A DNA stretch of 64,000 bases from Candidatus Doudnabacteria bacterium (lineage in GTDB: Bacteria > Patescibacteriota > Doudnabacteria > UBA920 > VMFF01). Position 1 is the stretch's first letter. Each line of letters opens with the position of its first letter. Positions 10,295 to 19,627 of the stretch are shown one piece after another. The DNA lies in contig CAWIZL010000002.1 in assembly GCA_963840645.1 (NCBI GenBank), positions 209,663 to 273,662 of the forward strand, written 5' to 3'. A program made the translations under genes and the position numbers. The notes below the pieces were generated by a model, which saw only the letters and a program-made list of their open reading frames with translations, made no database searches and was not told the origin of the DNA.

Positions 10295-10604
10295 GGAAGG
10301 AATTCCCTTTGCCCTCGCAAGAGAGGCAAAGGTTTAGCCGCCTTAGTAAAATTTGGCCATTTGCTGGAAACCCTGAGTATGTCATGGTACTCGTTGCTGT
10401 TGATTTAACAGCAACAGTGAAAATCCATGAACGCAGACAATCAGCAGGAAAGACTGGCTAAGAAATTAGCCAGAATCCTCAACGACTATACGCCAAACGC
10501 TAATAAATGATTAGTGATGATATAGTCTAAGCTGCATGGCGACATGCAGAGTACGACAGAAATGATCGTACCTTGACTTGACAAAAGTCATGTAATATGA
10601 CCTC
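10295..10604 (+). mobile_element. Second, ORF-less group I intron, homologous to the first, at the E. coli-equivalent site 1931; the 3' boundary is uncertain
   Basis: Core elements are P ATTTGCTGG (about 10359), Q AATCAGCAGG (about 10437), R TCAACGACTATACG (about 10479) and S GATATAGTC (about 10519). The internal guide GCCTTAG (10340-10346) is complementary to CTAAGGT (the exon reads CTATGGT). TTTAGC (10333-10338) pairs with the 3' exon GCGAAA. The nucleotide before the AGCGAAATTCC exon is C, not the canonical G. Confidence 0.65.
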
Positions 10605-11203
10605 AGCGAAATTCCTTGTCGCGTAAGTTGCGACCCGCACGAATGGCATAACGAGTAGAGGACTGTCTTGACGAACAACCCGATGAATTTACAGTGGCGG
10701 TAAAGATGCCGTCTGCCCGCAACAAGACGGAAAGACCCTATGAAGCTTTACTATAGCGTGTCATTGGAATAAGGTTTTGGCTGTTTAGAATAGGTGGGAG
10801 ACTTTGAAGTGCTGCTCTGGCAGTAACTGAGTCGCAAGGTGAAATACCACCCTGTCGAAATTTTGTTTCTAACCTTGGTTTAACCTGCCAGGGAACAGTG
10901 GCTCGTGGGTAGTTTAACTGGGGCGGTTGCCTCCTAAATGGTAACGGAGGCGTTTATTAAGGTAGGCTAAACGCGGATGGAAATCGCGTTGATAGTGCAA
11001 ACGCATAAGCCTGCTTGACTGCAAGGCCAGCGAGCCGCGCAGGTACGAAAGTAGAAGTTAGTGATCCGATGCGTTAGAGTGGAATACGCAAAGCCCAACG
11101 GATAAAAGTTACTCTAGGGATAACAGGCTGATCCGTCTCCAAGAGTCCACATCGACGACCGGGTTTGGCACCTCGATGTCGGCTCATCACGTCCTGGGGG
11201 TGA

Positions 11204-11240
<37 letters not shown>

Positions 11241-11802
11241 TGGTACGCGAGCTGGGTTCAAAACGTCGTGAGACAGTTTGGTCCTTATCTGTTGTGGGTG
11301 TACGAAACTTGAGTGGGCACATCTCTAGTACGAGAGGACCAGATGTATGGACCTCTGGTGTACCCGTTGTCCTGTCAAGGGCATAGCGGGGTAGCTAGGC
11401 TCAGTTCAGATAAACGCTGAAGGCATATAAGCGTGAAGCTGTCCACAAAACTAGGTTTCGTTGTGCAGCGATGCACGATAGATTCGCAGAAGACTACTGC
11501 GCACATAGGTTGCAGGTGTAAGCACAGCAATGTGTTCAGCCGAGCAATACTAATCAATCGAAAGTTTTAATTCTTTTTGACTAGCAATTTGCGCTTGTAA
11601 TACAGCGTGATTGTTGGCCGAAGAATTTCTGGGCATACTAGAATACGTCTTTGTTGCATAACAATTTACATTGTTTTCGCCGAAAGGTGAGAACATGCCA
11701 CTATGGTTTGATACAATTCGAAGGTGAATGCCTTCTGAACTTTCAGAGAAACCGCATCCAAAATCCGAATAATTTTGGCTAGCGCACGTTTCCCTGCAGG
11801 TT

Positions 11803-11917
11803 TAGGTGGCATTTACGGCGCGGTCCTGACCTGATCCCATCCCGAACTCAGTAGTCAAACGCGTTCGTGCCGATGATAGCTGGGCTTATGTCCATGCAAA
11901 AGTAGGTAGCCGCCTCT
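11803..11917 (+). rRNA. rrf: 5S rRNA
   Basis: TAGGTGGC...CCTGATCCCATCCCGAACTCAG...GTGCCGATGATAGCTGGG...AGTAGGTAGCCGCCT. The terminal helix pairs. The ends are accurate to a few nt. Confidence 0.85.
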
Positions 11918-11925
11918 ATCACTGA

Positions 11926-11950
11926 AGATCCCTGAAAAGGGGTCTTTTTT
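11926..11950 (+). terminator. Intrinsic terminator of the rRNA locus
   Basis: AGATCCC-TGAAAA-GGGGTCT followed by TTTTT. Confidence 0.7.
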
Positions 11951-12493
11951 GTGCTCCCCAATTTTGATAATTTATAAAGGAGCATCCGCCGAAGCCTTGG
12001 CGAAGGTGGATGAAGTTGGGTGAGGGTGAGCTTGTGGATAATAAGTTTGACGTTGCCCTTTGGTAGGTAGAAAATACCGGTGAGATGGTTTCGTTTGAAG
12101 GAGGCTTCCATGTCGTCGGCTCCACGGCCTACTCTTGCACACGTAGCAGAGGTGGGTTCTTTCGAAAGAATTAGCGAAAAGACCAACATTCAAGTAGTTT
12201 GGGAAAAGGGCGGTCAGATGGTTCTGTTCGTGCGTTCCGCGAGCTACACCGAGTGTCGATGCACAGTTGTTCAAGCTGGACTGCCGCACCTGCTTTCCAC
12301 GAGGACAGCGTGGGTGAACAGGCGCTGCATTCTTGTTGCGGACAGTGGAGTTTTAACGCTCGCCTTTGAAGGGCTTGGTTCAGAAATCGCGGGCTTGCTG
12401 GCCAAACAGGGGCCCAGTAAGAATTGTTTGAAGAAACTAGGGCTGGCGCACGCAAGTGTCGCCAGCCCGTATTAATTGGTGTAAACTTAGTTA

Positions 12494-13762
12494 ATGAAAA
12501 CGTACTTTGACTTTGAAATTCACTCGCGGTACGCGCGAGCATGCTCGCCGCAGCTCACACTGCCAAACATTGCTGCGTGGGCAGCACGCAAGGGCGTGAA
12601 CGTCATTGGCACTGGCGACTTCACGCACCCAAAGTGGTTTGCAGATATATGTGAGCAGCTCGAAGAAGACGGCAGTGGTTTGCTCCGCTTGCGCAAAGAG
12701 TTTGCCATTGCGCCATCGCACACAAAAATTCGCTTCATTCTGTCGTCTGAGGTGTCGTGCATCTACAGGCACAGTGACCGCACGCGCCGCATCCACAACC
12801 TGCTGCTCGCGCCATCCATTGCAGTGGTCGGGAAAATAATTGGCAGCCTCAGCGCAAGAGGTGCAAAGCTGGCTTCAGACGGCAGGCCAATTCTCGGCAT
12901 GTCTTCAAAAGAGGTGCTGCGCCTGGTGCTCGAAGCTTCGCCTGAGTGCATGCTCATTCCAGCGCACGTGTGGACTCCGTACTTTGGGCTGTTCGGCTCA
13001 ATGAGCGGGTACGACAGCGTTGAGGAGTGTTTTGAAGATTTGTCGCCGCACATTTACGCGCTCGAGACTGGCCTTTCAGCAGACCCAGAAATGTTCTGGC
13101 GCATCTCAAAGTTTGACCGCTTCACGCTCGTGTCGTGCTCTGACCCACACTCGCTGCCGCGCATCGGACGCGAGTGCAACAGGCTCGACCTGGCACCTGG
13201 CGACTTCACGTACGCAGAGCTCACGCGCATTGTAAGAGAGCGCGACAGGAAAAAGTTTTTGGCAACGGTTGAGTACTGGCCAGGCGAAGGCCGCTACCAC
13301 TACGATGGCCACGCAGCGTGCAAGGTATCGCTGCATCCTGACCAGACAAAAAAGCTGAAGGGGGTTTGTCCGGTGTGCGGAAAGAAGCTGACCATTGGTG
13401 TGCTGTCGCGCGTGCTAGAGTTGGCTGACCGTCCAGAGGGCTACGTTTTGAAAGATGCAATCCCGAGCAGGCACTTCGTGGTGCTCGAGGAAATTATTGC
13501 GGACGCACTGGGTATTGGTGGCGTGAGCAGCAAAAAAGTTCAGGCAGAGTACGTGCGCCTCACCGATGCGCACCCAGAGTTTGAAATTTTGTTTGATTTA
13601 GACGAGGCAGGTTTGCGCAGCGCAGCACCTGCTGAGATTGCAGACTCGATTCTGCAGATGCGGCTAGACCACGTTGAGGTCACGCCAGGCTACGATGGCG
13701 AGTACGGCAAGGTGAAAATGCTGCGCGAGAAAAAGAAGAAAAAAGCAGCGACGCTGTTCTAA
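12494..13762 (+). CDS. Endonuclease Q family protein (PHP domain plus C-terminal zinc finger)
   Basis: FDFEIHSRYARACSP, GTGDFTHP, LIPAHVWTPYFGLFGS, LETGLSADP, SCSDPHS, GEGRYHYDGHAACKV, CPVCGKKLTIGVLSRV. Confidence 0.8.
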   Translation: MKTYFDFEIHSRYARACSPQLTLPNIAAWAARKGVNVIGTGDFTHPKWFADICEQLEEDGSGLLRLRKEFAIAPSHTKIRFILSSEVSCIYRHSDRTRRIHNLLLAPSIAVVGKIIGSLSARGAKLASDGRPILGMSSKEVLRLVLEASPECMLIPAHVWTPYFGLFGSMSGYDSVEECFEDLSPHIYALETGLSADPEMFWRISKFDRFTLVSCSDPHSLPRIGRECNRLDLAPGDFTYAELTRIVRERDRKKFLATVEYWPGEGRYHYDGHAACKVSLHPDQTKKLKGVCPVCGKKLTIGVLSRVLELADRPEGYVLKDAIPSRHFVVLEEIIADALGIGGVSSKKVQAEYVRLTDAHPEFEILFDLDEAGLRSAAPAEIADSILQMRLDHVEVTPGYDGEYGKVKMLREKKKKKAATLF

Positions 13763-13805
13763 AAGTTGCTACTGTGGTACAATGGTTTTGTAGGGAGGAT
13801 TTTGC

Positions 13806-14180
13806 ATGAAACGAGTTTTCGCCGCTTTGTTTTTTGTAGCAGTAGCGCAGGCACAGGATGCCAAAGAGCCGACACAGGCTCTGAGCACAGCCACGCAGGC
13901 GCCGCTGCCAACATTTTCCGTCAGCGAAGAAATGGCAAATTTTTCATTTCGGTGCAAGGGGAAAGCCAAGCCGCGCGGGCTGGCGAAGCTATTCAGTTTC
14001 GGCACCCGGTACCAGGCCCCAACAATTCGGGAACCAAAGTTTCGGCCGTTCTCAACAGTCACCATTGTGACGCGTAAGCTCGGATCGTTTGAAGCATCTG
14101 CCCAGAGCGTCACTCGGTCTCGCCGAGGGTACGATGAAGTTACACGATCAGAGGCTTCGGTGACGTGGAGGTTCCACTGA
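13806..14180 (+). CDS. Hypothetical small, basic, secreted protein (weak call)
   Basis: A GGGAGGA Shine-Dalgarno lies 7 nt upstream of the ATG. The N-terminus MKRVFAALFFVAVAQAQD looks like a signal peptide. A TGGTACAAT extended -10 is at 13775-13783 and a terminator at 14207-14241. Composition is atypical (R/K-rich). Confidence 0.4.
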   Translation: MKRVFAALFFVAVAQAQDAKEPTQALSTATQAPLPTFSVSEEMANFSFRCKGKAKPRGLAKLFSFGTRYQAPTIREPKFRPFSTVTIVTRKLGSFEASAQSVTRSRRGYDEVTRSEASVTWRFH

Positions 14181-14206
14181 GGTCGCTGCAAAACTACAAA
14201 ACACTG

Positions 14207-14241
14207 GGCTGCACAGCCCCCAAGCCGTGCAGCCTTTTTTA
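14207..14241 (+). terminator. Intrinsic terminator
   Basis: GGCTGCAC...GTGCAGCC followed by TTTTTT. Confidence 0.7.
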
Positions 14242-14267
14242 TTTCATTTGCCCCGTCTTGACAAAAA

Positions 14268-14276
14268 TGCTAGAAT
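14268..14276 (+). promoter_or_regulatory. Extended -10 promoter element (TGCTAGAAT) upstream of tRNA-Ser
   Basis: TGCTAGAAT lies 22 nt upstream of the tRNA 5' end. The same motif class recurs at 18640, 26714, 49445 and 61064. Confidence 0.45.
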
Positions 14277-14298
14277 CAACAATGTTAGCAACGTATCT

Positions 14299-14388
14299 GG
14301 AAGGGTCGCATAGCGGTCTAGTGCACGCGCTTGGAAAGCGCGCAAGGGGTCAAACCCTTCAGGAGTTCGAATCTCCTCCCTTCCGCCA
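14299..14388 (+). tRNA. tRNA-Ser (anticodon GGA), long variable arm, CCA encoded
   Basis: Acceptor GGAAGGG/CCCTTCC. Anticodon arm CGCGC-TTGGAAA-GCGCG. Variable arm GGGGTCAAACCCTTC. T-arm GGAGTTCGAATCTCC. Ends GCCA. Confidence 0.9.
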
Positions 14389-14397
14389 AACAACTAC

Positions 14398-16221
14398 ATG
14401 ACACACGGAACCATTGAGGAAGTGAAAGAGCGGCTCAACATTGTTGATGTCGTTTCTTCGTATGTCCCGCTCAAGCGAGCTGGCACGTACTACCGGGCGA
14501 ACTGTCCTTTCCACAAGGAGAAGACGCCATCTTTCGTGGTGTCGCCGAACCGCCAGTTCTGGCACTGCTTTGGGTGCGGCAAGGGCGGCGATGTGATTGC
14601 CTTTGTGATGGAGTACGAAAATTTAGAATTCAAAGAGGCACTTAAAATTTTAGCTGAACGAGCGGGCGTTGAGCTGCCAAAGTACACGCCACAGGAAGCA
14701 TCGCGCGAAGAGGCTGAAGATCGTGAGCGACGCAGGCTGCTAGAGGTTAACGATCTCGCGGCAAAGTTTTACGCAAAAATTTTAGAAGGCTCGCAGGTTG
14801 GCGCTGGCGCGCGCGAGTACTTGCGCAACAGAAAGCTCACGTCAGAAACCGTGCGCGAGTGGCAAATTGGCTACGCGCCGCAAGAAGATTCAAACGTGCT
14901 TGAAACATTTTTAGAGAAGCGAGCGTACACAGAGCAGGAAGCAATTGCCGCAGGTGTCAGAGGCCGCGCGCAGAGCGGCAGAACGTACGACAGGTTCTTT
15001 GGACGCGTCACGTTCCCAATTCGCAGCTACACAGGCGACGTAGTTGGCTTCACGGCTCGCGTGCTAGACAAAGATGCGAAAGCTGCAAAGTACATCAACA
15101 CCTCAGAGACAAAAGTGTACAGCAAGGGCAAGGTAATTTTTGGACTGTACCAGGCAAAGCAGGCAATCCGCGCAGAGGACTGTGCTGTTGTCGTTGAGGG
15201 CAACATGGACGTGATCACAGCGCACCAAGCTGGGTTTAAGAATGTGGTGGGTTCTTCTGGAACAGCATTCACGCCAGAGCAGCTGCGCGTGCTCTCTCGC
15301 CTGACGCGCAACTTAAAGTTTTGTTTTGATACTGACGCAGCTGGCGTTGCAGCCACGCGTCGAACGCTGGACCCTGCGCTGCAGCAGGGGTTCACTGTTT
15401 CCATTGTGCAAATAGTAGGGGCAAAAGATCCTGATGAACTCATTTTGAAAGATGCAGCAGCTTTCGCGAAAGCTGTGAAGGATGCGCCGCTCTACATGGA
15501 CTACTTTTTCGACAAAGCCTTTGCAGGCTACGACCCGACGAGCGTTGTGCAGAAGAAAAAAATTGCAGCAGAGCTCATCCCGCTCTTGCACCAGCTGTCA
15601 GACCCGCTGGAGCTCGCGCACTACGTGCGCATAATGTCGCAGCGGTTTGCCGTCCCAGAGAAGGCAGTGTACGAGCTCATCCAGAAGCTGCGTTCAAAAG
15701 AAAGGACTGTGCGACAGCAGACTGAGCAGCAGCCAAAGGAGCAGCCTGTCGCAACTTCTGCAATGAAGCGGTCAACGTACCTAGAGCCGAAAGTTTTGGG
15801 CTACGCGCTGTTCAGAGATTCGTGCCTGAGGGCTATCTCAGAAAAGGTCGAGCCTGCCACGTTTACAGGTGTCCAGCTTGCAAGAATTTACGGGCAGTTA
15901 TTGGCAGCAGCCGGAGGCGGTGCATTCAGTGCAGATGCGTTCATTGCATCGCTCCCACGTGAAGACGCAGAGGTTGCTAAAATGGCACTTTTTGTGGTAG
16001 AATCTGAATACAGTACAGAGGGTGCGCAGTCCGAGAATAGCTTTGAGAGAGAGTTTGCGCGCGCGGTCAATGAGCTGCTCAGCCACCACCTCAAGGCGCA
16101 GATGGATGCAGTTCTGGCTGACATGGTCATTGCAGACCGTGCAAAGGACAAGGTGAAGGTTGCAGAATTGAACCAGAAATTCCAAGAGCTATCAACTAAA
16201 ATTAGGGGGTACTCCGCATGA
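14398..16221 (+). CDS. dnaG: DNA primase DnaG
   Basis: CHC2 zinc finger [41 protein letters not shown] region [27 protein letters not shown]. Confidence 0.95.
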   Translation: MTHGTIEEVKERLNIVDVVSSYVPLKRAGTYYRANCPFHKEKTPSFVVSPNRQFWHCFGCGKGGDVIAFVMEYENLEFKEALKILAERAGVELPKYTPQEASREEAEDRERRRLLEVNDLAAKFYAKILEGSQVGAGAREYLRNRKLTSETVREWQIGYAPQEDSNVLETFLEKRAYTEQEAIAAGVRGRAQSGRTYDRFFGRVTFPIRSYTGDVVGFTARVLDKDAKAAKYINTSETKVYSKGKVIFGLYQAKQAIRAEDCAVVVEGNMDVITAHQAGFKNVVGSSGTAFTPEQLRVLSRLTRNLKFCFDTDAAGVAATRRTLDPALQQGFTVSIVQIVGAKDPDELILKDAAAFAKAVKDAPLYMDYFFDKAFAGYDPTSVVQKKKIAAELIPLLHQLSDPLELAHYVRIMSQRFAVPEKAVYELIQKLRSKERTVRQQTEQQPKEQPVATSAMKRSTYLEPKVLGYALFRDSCLRAISEKVEPATFTGVQLARIYGQLLAAAGGGAFSADAFIASLPREDAEVAKMALFVVESEYSTEGAQSENSFEREFARAVNELLSHHLKAQMDAVLADMVIADRAKDKVKVAELNQKFQELSTKIRGYSA

Positions 16222-17500
16222 AGAAGAAAGTCGCAAGGGCCAAAGCTAAAGGCAGAACGAGGGCAGCAAAAACGTTGCGGCCTAAGTTTAAGCACGCAAA
16301 AAAATCTGTCAAGCGAAGCGTAAAAGCGAAGTCCGCGAAATCCAAGAGCAGCGGTGCAAAGAAGGGTCGCTCAGCAACGCCTGGTGAGTTTGATGCGGCA
16401 ACGCGCAAGGCAGTTGACCACCTCGTGCTCAAGGGCGCAGAGCGCGGCTTTGTGACAGAGGCAGAAATTGTGCACGCGCTGCCTCGCTTTGAGGACAACG
16501 TGCAAGACCTCGAGCGTGTAATGGACGAGCTGGATAAACGCGGCATTGAGGTTGTTGACCCAGAGGTTGCCAGCATTTGGCAGACGCGCGAGACTCCGGC
16601 AGAAGGTGTCACAACTACAAAGGGCAAGAAGAAGAAAGAGGTGCCAGACAACAGCTACGACCTCGGCGATATTTACGATGACTCCATTCAAATGTACCTG
16701 CGCGAAATTGGCAAGGTGCCTTTGATTAACGGTTTGGAAGAAGTTGAGCTGGCAAAGCGCATTACGAAGGGCGACATTGCAGCGCGCAAGAAGCTCACGG
16801 AAGCCAATTTGAGGTTGGTTGTTTCGATTGCAAAAAAGTACATGGGCCGCAACCTGGCCTGCTCGATTTAATCCAAGAGGGGAACATTGGCCTGTTCCGC
16901 GCTGTAGACAAGTTTGACTGGCGCAAGGGCTACAAGTTTTCTACGTACGCAACGTGGTGGATTCGCCAGGCAATTACCCGCGCGCTCGCTGACCAGTCGC
17001 GCACCATCCGCATCCCAGTGCACATGGTTGAGACACTCAACAAGTACGCGCAGGCAGAGCGCCAGCTTGTGCAAGACTTAGGTCGCGAGCCGTTGCCAGA
17101 AGAGATTGCTGCGGAGATGGGCATTGAGGTCTCAAAGGTTTACCACCTGAAGAAAATTTCGCAGGAAACCGTGTCTATTGATTCGGCCGTTGGCGAGGAC
17201 GAGGGCGAGAACGAGTCAACGCTGGGCGACTTCATTGTTGACGATGACACCACGATGCCAGCAGATGCAGCTGGCCGTCAGATTCTGCGCGACTACGTAC
17301 AGGAGATTTTGGCTGACCTCGATCCACGCGAGCAGAAAATTTTGAAGATGCGCTTTGGCCTTGAAGACGGCGTGCAGCACACGCTGGAAGAAGTTGGCGA
17401 AGAGTTTGGCGTGACGCGCGAGCGCATTCGCCAGATTGAGGCAAAGGCAATTGAGCGGATTAAGGAGCATGCAAATATTTCTAAATTGAGAGACTACTAG
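16218..17500 (+). CDS. rpoD: RNA polymerase sigma factor RpoD (sigma-70), with one frameshift at about 16855-16862 (ORF pieces 16218..16871 and 17018..17500) and a Lys-rich basic N-terminus
   Basis: The ATGA start overlaps the dnaG stop. Contains [32 protein letters not shown] / [42 protein letters not shown]...RIPVHMVE, and region 4 [23 protein letters not shown]. Confidence 0.9.
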
Positions 17501-17532
17501 CACAACGGGGGATTCTCTGCGGTGTAAAATAA

Positions 17533-18060
17533 ATGGCAAAGGCTGAGAAAATTAGCTTGGATGAGGCAAAGCAGGACAAGCTGTTTTACTTTGTAGCAAA
17601 CGTGGTGATATACCGACCAGAAGATGGTCGGTGTTTGCTTTTGAAGCGCAGCATGGGCGAGAAAGTTCATCCAGGAAAGTTTGCTACACCTGGTGGCAAG
17701 CTGGAGTGGGATGATTTGGATTTAGACAACCCGACGCGCATGAATGGCGATGTGATTGATTTTGAAGGCCAAGTTGAGAAGCTTTTAGCACGCGAGGTGA
17801 GAGAAGAAGCAGGTATTGAAATTGGTGGTGAGTTGCACTACTTAAACAGTAACGTGTTTGTGAGGCCAGATGGAATTCCTGTCGTATTGGTAAAGTTTGC
17901 TGCAAAGTATGCTGGTGGCAAGGTCGTTGTGGAGCAAGGGGCATTCGACGATTTTAAGTGGGTGAATGGTGAAGAGGCAAAAGAACTAGATTGCATTGAC
18001 GGGGTTCCAGATGAGGTTAAATTGGCGGCCAATAGTTTTAATAAGCATTTGATAAAATAA
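17533..18060 (+). CDS. NUDIX hydrolase
   Basis: Nudix box GGKLEWDD...LAREVREEAGIEI. Confidence 0.85.
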   Translation: MAKAEKISLDEAKQDKLFYFVANVVIYRPEDGRCLLLKRSMGEKVHPGKFATPGGKLEWDDLDLDNPTRMNGDVIDFEGQVEKLLAREVREEAGIEIGGELHYLNSNVFVRPDGIPVVLVKFAAKYAGGKVVVEQGAFDDFKWVNGEEAKELDCIDGVPDEVKLAANSFNKHLIK

Positions 18061-18172
18061 AAAAGACTTGTACTTGCGTACAGAGGTCTGGTGCTTTTCT
18101 GTGGATCGCTACGTCTGGAATTACACAAGTGCCACGCAAATCGTCTATACTGCTCAGTAAAAACAGCTATCG

Positions 18173-18529
18173 CTAGATTAGAATTTTGAGCTCTTCAATC
18201 TTCGTTGTATCCAACCCTGCTTTTTTCAGGAAGCCCACAATTGCGTGAGCGGCATCTTCCCAGGTTTCACCCCAGCCACTAAGAATACCGCCATGGGCGT
18301 ACTCTTGTTCGGCATCATCGAATTTCGTCCAGTCCGTGTATATCTCGGCTGTGTCTTCAGCTTTGAACGAAATGATGACTGTCATTTGTCCTTGGCCAAA
18401 ACGAGTCGTTTGGTTGTAGACCAGGACAATATCGAGGGGGTCGGCATTCTCTACTTCGGTGAGCAGGCCTATTCCCTGCATGCACACGTTCACATGTGCT
18501 AAAAATAAATCTAACCTTGCGCGATCCAT
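18173..18529 (-). CDS. Hypothetical acidic cytoplasmic protein
   Basis: A clean 118-aa ORF in an otherwise empty interval; no family recognised. Confidence 0.5.
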   Translation of the reverse strand: MDRARLDLFLAHVNVCMQGIGLLTEVENADPLDIVLVYNQTTRFGQGQMTVIISFKAEDTAEIYTDWTKFDDAEQEYAHGGILSGWGETWEDAAHAIVGFLKKAGLDTTKIEELKILI

Positions 18530-18694
18530 AAGCCTCCTTTAGCTTAGCCTAGAATTAGGCTATTAATAGTGTAGCACAGTTACTTGCTATTTGTCAATAG
18601 ATATTGTGCAATAAATATGTGTAAAATAGGCCTTATTCATGCTAGAATTACTTTGTATTTGAATCATTCTGAAATCAAAATTATTTCTACAAAC

Positions 18695-19609
18695 ATGGAA
18701 CCAATCAAGAAAATAGGCATTATGGGGCTTGGGAAAATGGGGAAGGGCATTGCTCTGAACCTCATTGACAACGGGTTTGAGGTGCACGCGTTCAACAGGA
18801 GCCCTGAGCCGCTCGCAGAGGTTGTGGCAGCTGGTGCAGTTAAGTCTGAATCGTTGGATGACATGGCTTCGCAGCTCGGCAGCCCACGCGTTGTCTGGTT
18901 TATGCTCACAGCTGGTGGCGTGCTCGATGATGTGCTGAAAACTTCTGGCCTGCTCGACAAGCTTCAGCCAGGCGACATCATCATTGACGGCGGCAACTCA
19001 AACTTCAATGACACTGTGAAGCGAGCAGCAATGTGCAAAGAGCGCGGCATCTTTTTCTTGGACGCTGGCGTGTCAGGTGGGCCTGAAGGTGCACGAAGCG
19101 GTGCAGCAATTATGGTTGGCGGCGAAAAAGAGGCGTACGACAAAGTCGCCCACATCTTCAAAGCCCTCAGCGTTGAGAATGGCTACGGCTACATGGGTGC
19201 CAGCAGGCTCTGGCCACTACGTGAAAATGGTGCACAATGCCATTGAGTACGGCATGCTGCAGGCAATGGGCGAAGGCTACGAGCTCGATCAAAGAGCGAG
19301 CCGTACAAAGACCTCGATTTACGCGAGGTCACAAAAGTTTGGCAGAATGGAACAGTGATCCGTGGCTTCCTCATGGACCTCATGGCTCGCGCGTACGAAA
19401 AGAATCCAACTCTCGAAGGCATCAAAGGGTACATTGAAGACAATGGCGAGGGCAAGTGGGCAGTGCAAACAGCGCTCGATGCAAACGTGCCGTTCGTGCT
19501 CAACACGTACGCCCTCATGTTCCGCTACATTACGCGACAGGACGAGAGCTTTGCAGCGCAGGTTGTGGCATCGCTGCGCCACGAGTTTGGCGGGCACGAG
19601 CTCAAGTAG
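18695..19609 (+). CDS. gnd: 6-phosphogluconate dehydrogenase, short (about 300 aa) decarboxylating type, with two compensating frameshifts (about 19201-19206 and 19287-19289)
   Basis: [23 protein letters not shown] (Rossmann fold), [15 protein letters not shown], then in a second frame [27 protein letters not shown], and back in the first frame [31 protein letters not shown]. Confidence 0.85.
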
Positions 19610-19627
19610 TTAGTATAAGTATTAAGT

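Noticed and set aside
10281-10320. Reading AACTGTCCTATGGTGGAAGGAATTCC as a complete degenerate duplicate of the H69-H71 exon, with the whole of 9541-10604 as one large intron.
   Set aside because: That model would delete about 8 universally conserved nucleotides from the mature rRNA. The two-intron model restores full colinearity. It is also supported by two complete P/Q/R/S sets, matching internal guide sequences, and the C1909A/G1921U compensatory pair.
11951-12493. RNase P RNA, tmRNA, SRP RNA or 6S RNA in the unassigned region after the 5S gene.
   Set aside because: There is no GGAAAGTCC-type CR-I element and no complementary P4 strand on either strand. There is no T-arm/CCA for tmRNA. 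There is no GGAA-tetraloop/AGCAGC SRP domain IV motif. A CAGAAATCGCGGGCTTGCTGG stretch resembles CR-V only superficially.
13763-14250. RNase P RNA or tmRNA overlapping the 13806..14180 ORF (GGGGAAAGCC and CAGAGGCTTCGGTGA resemble CR-I and CR-V).
   Set aside because: The two motifs are only about 190 nt apart. The possible P4 pairing is just 5 bp. About 215 nt precede the CR-I-like motif, and no other conserved regions are present. A Shine-Dalgarno plus signal-peptide ORF explains the region at least as well.
14255-14276. TTGACA at 14257-14262 as the -35 partner of TAGAAT at 14271-14276 for the tRNA-Ser promoter.
   Set aside because: The spacer would be only about 8 nt. The TG-extended -10 reading (TGCTAGAAT) is more credible.
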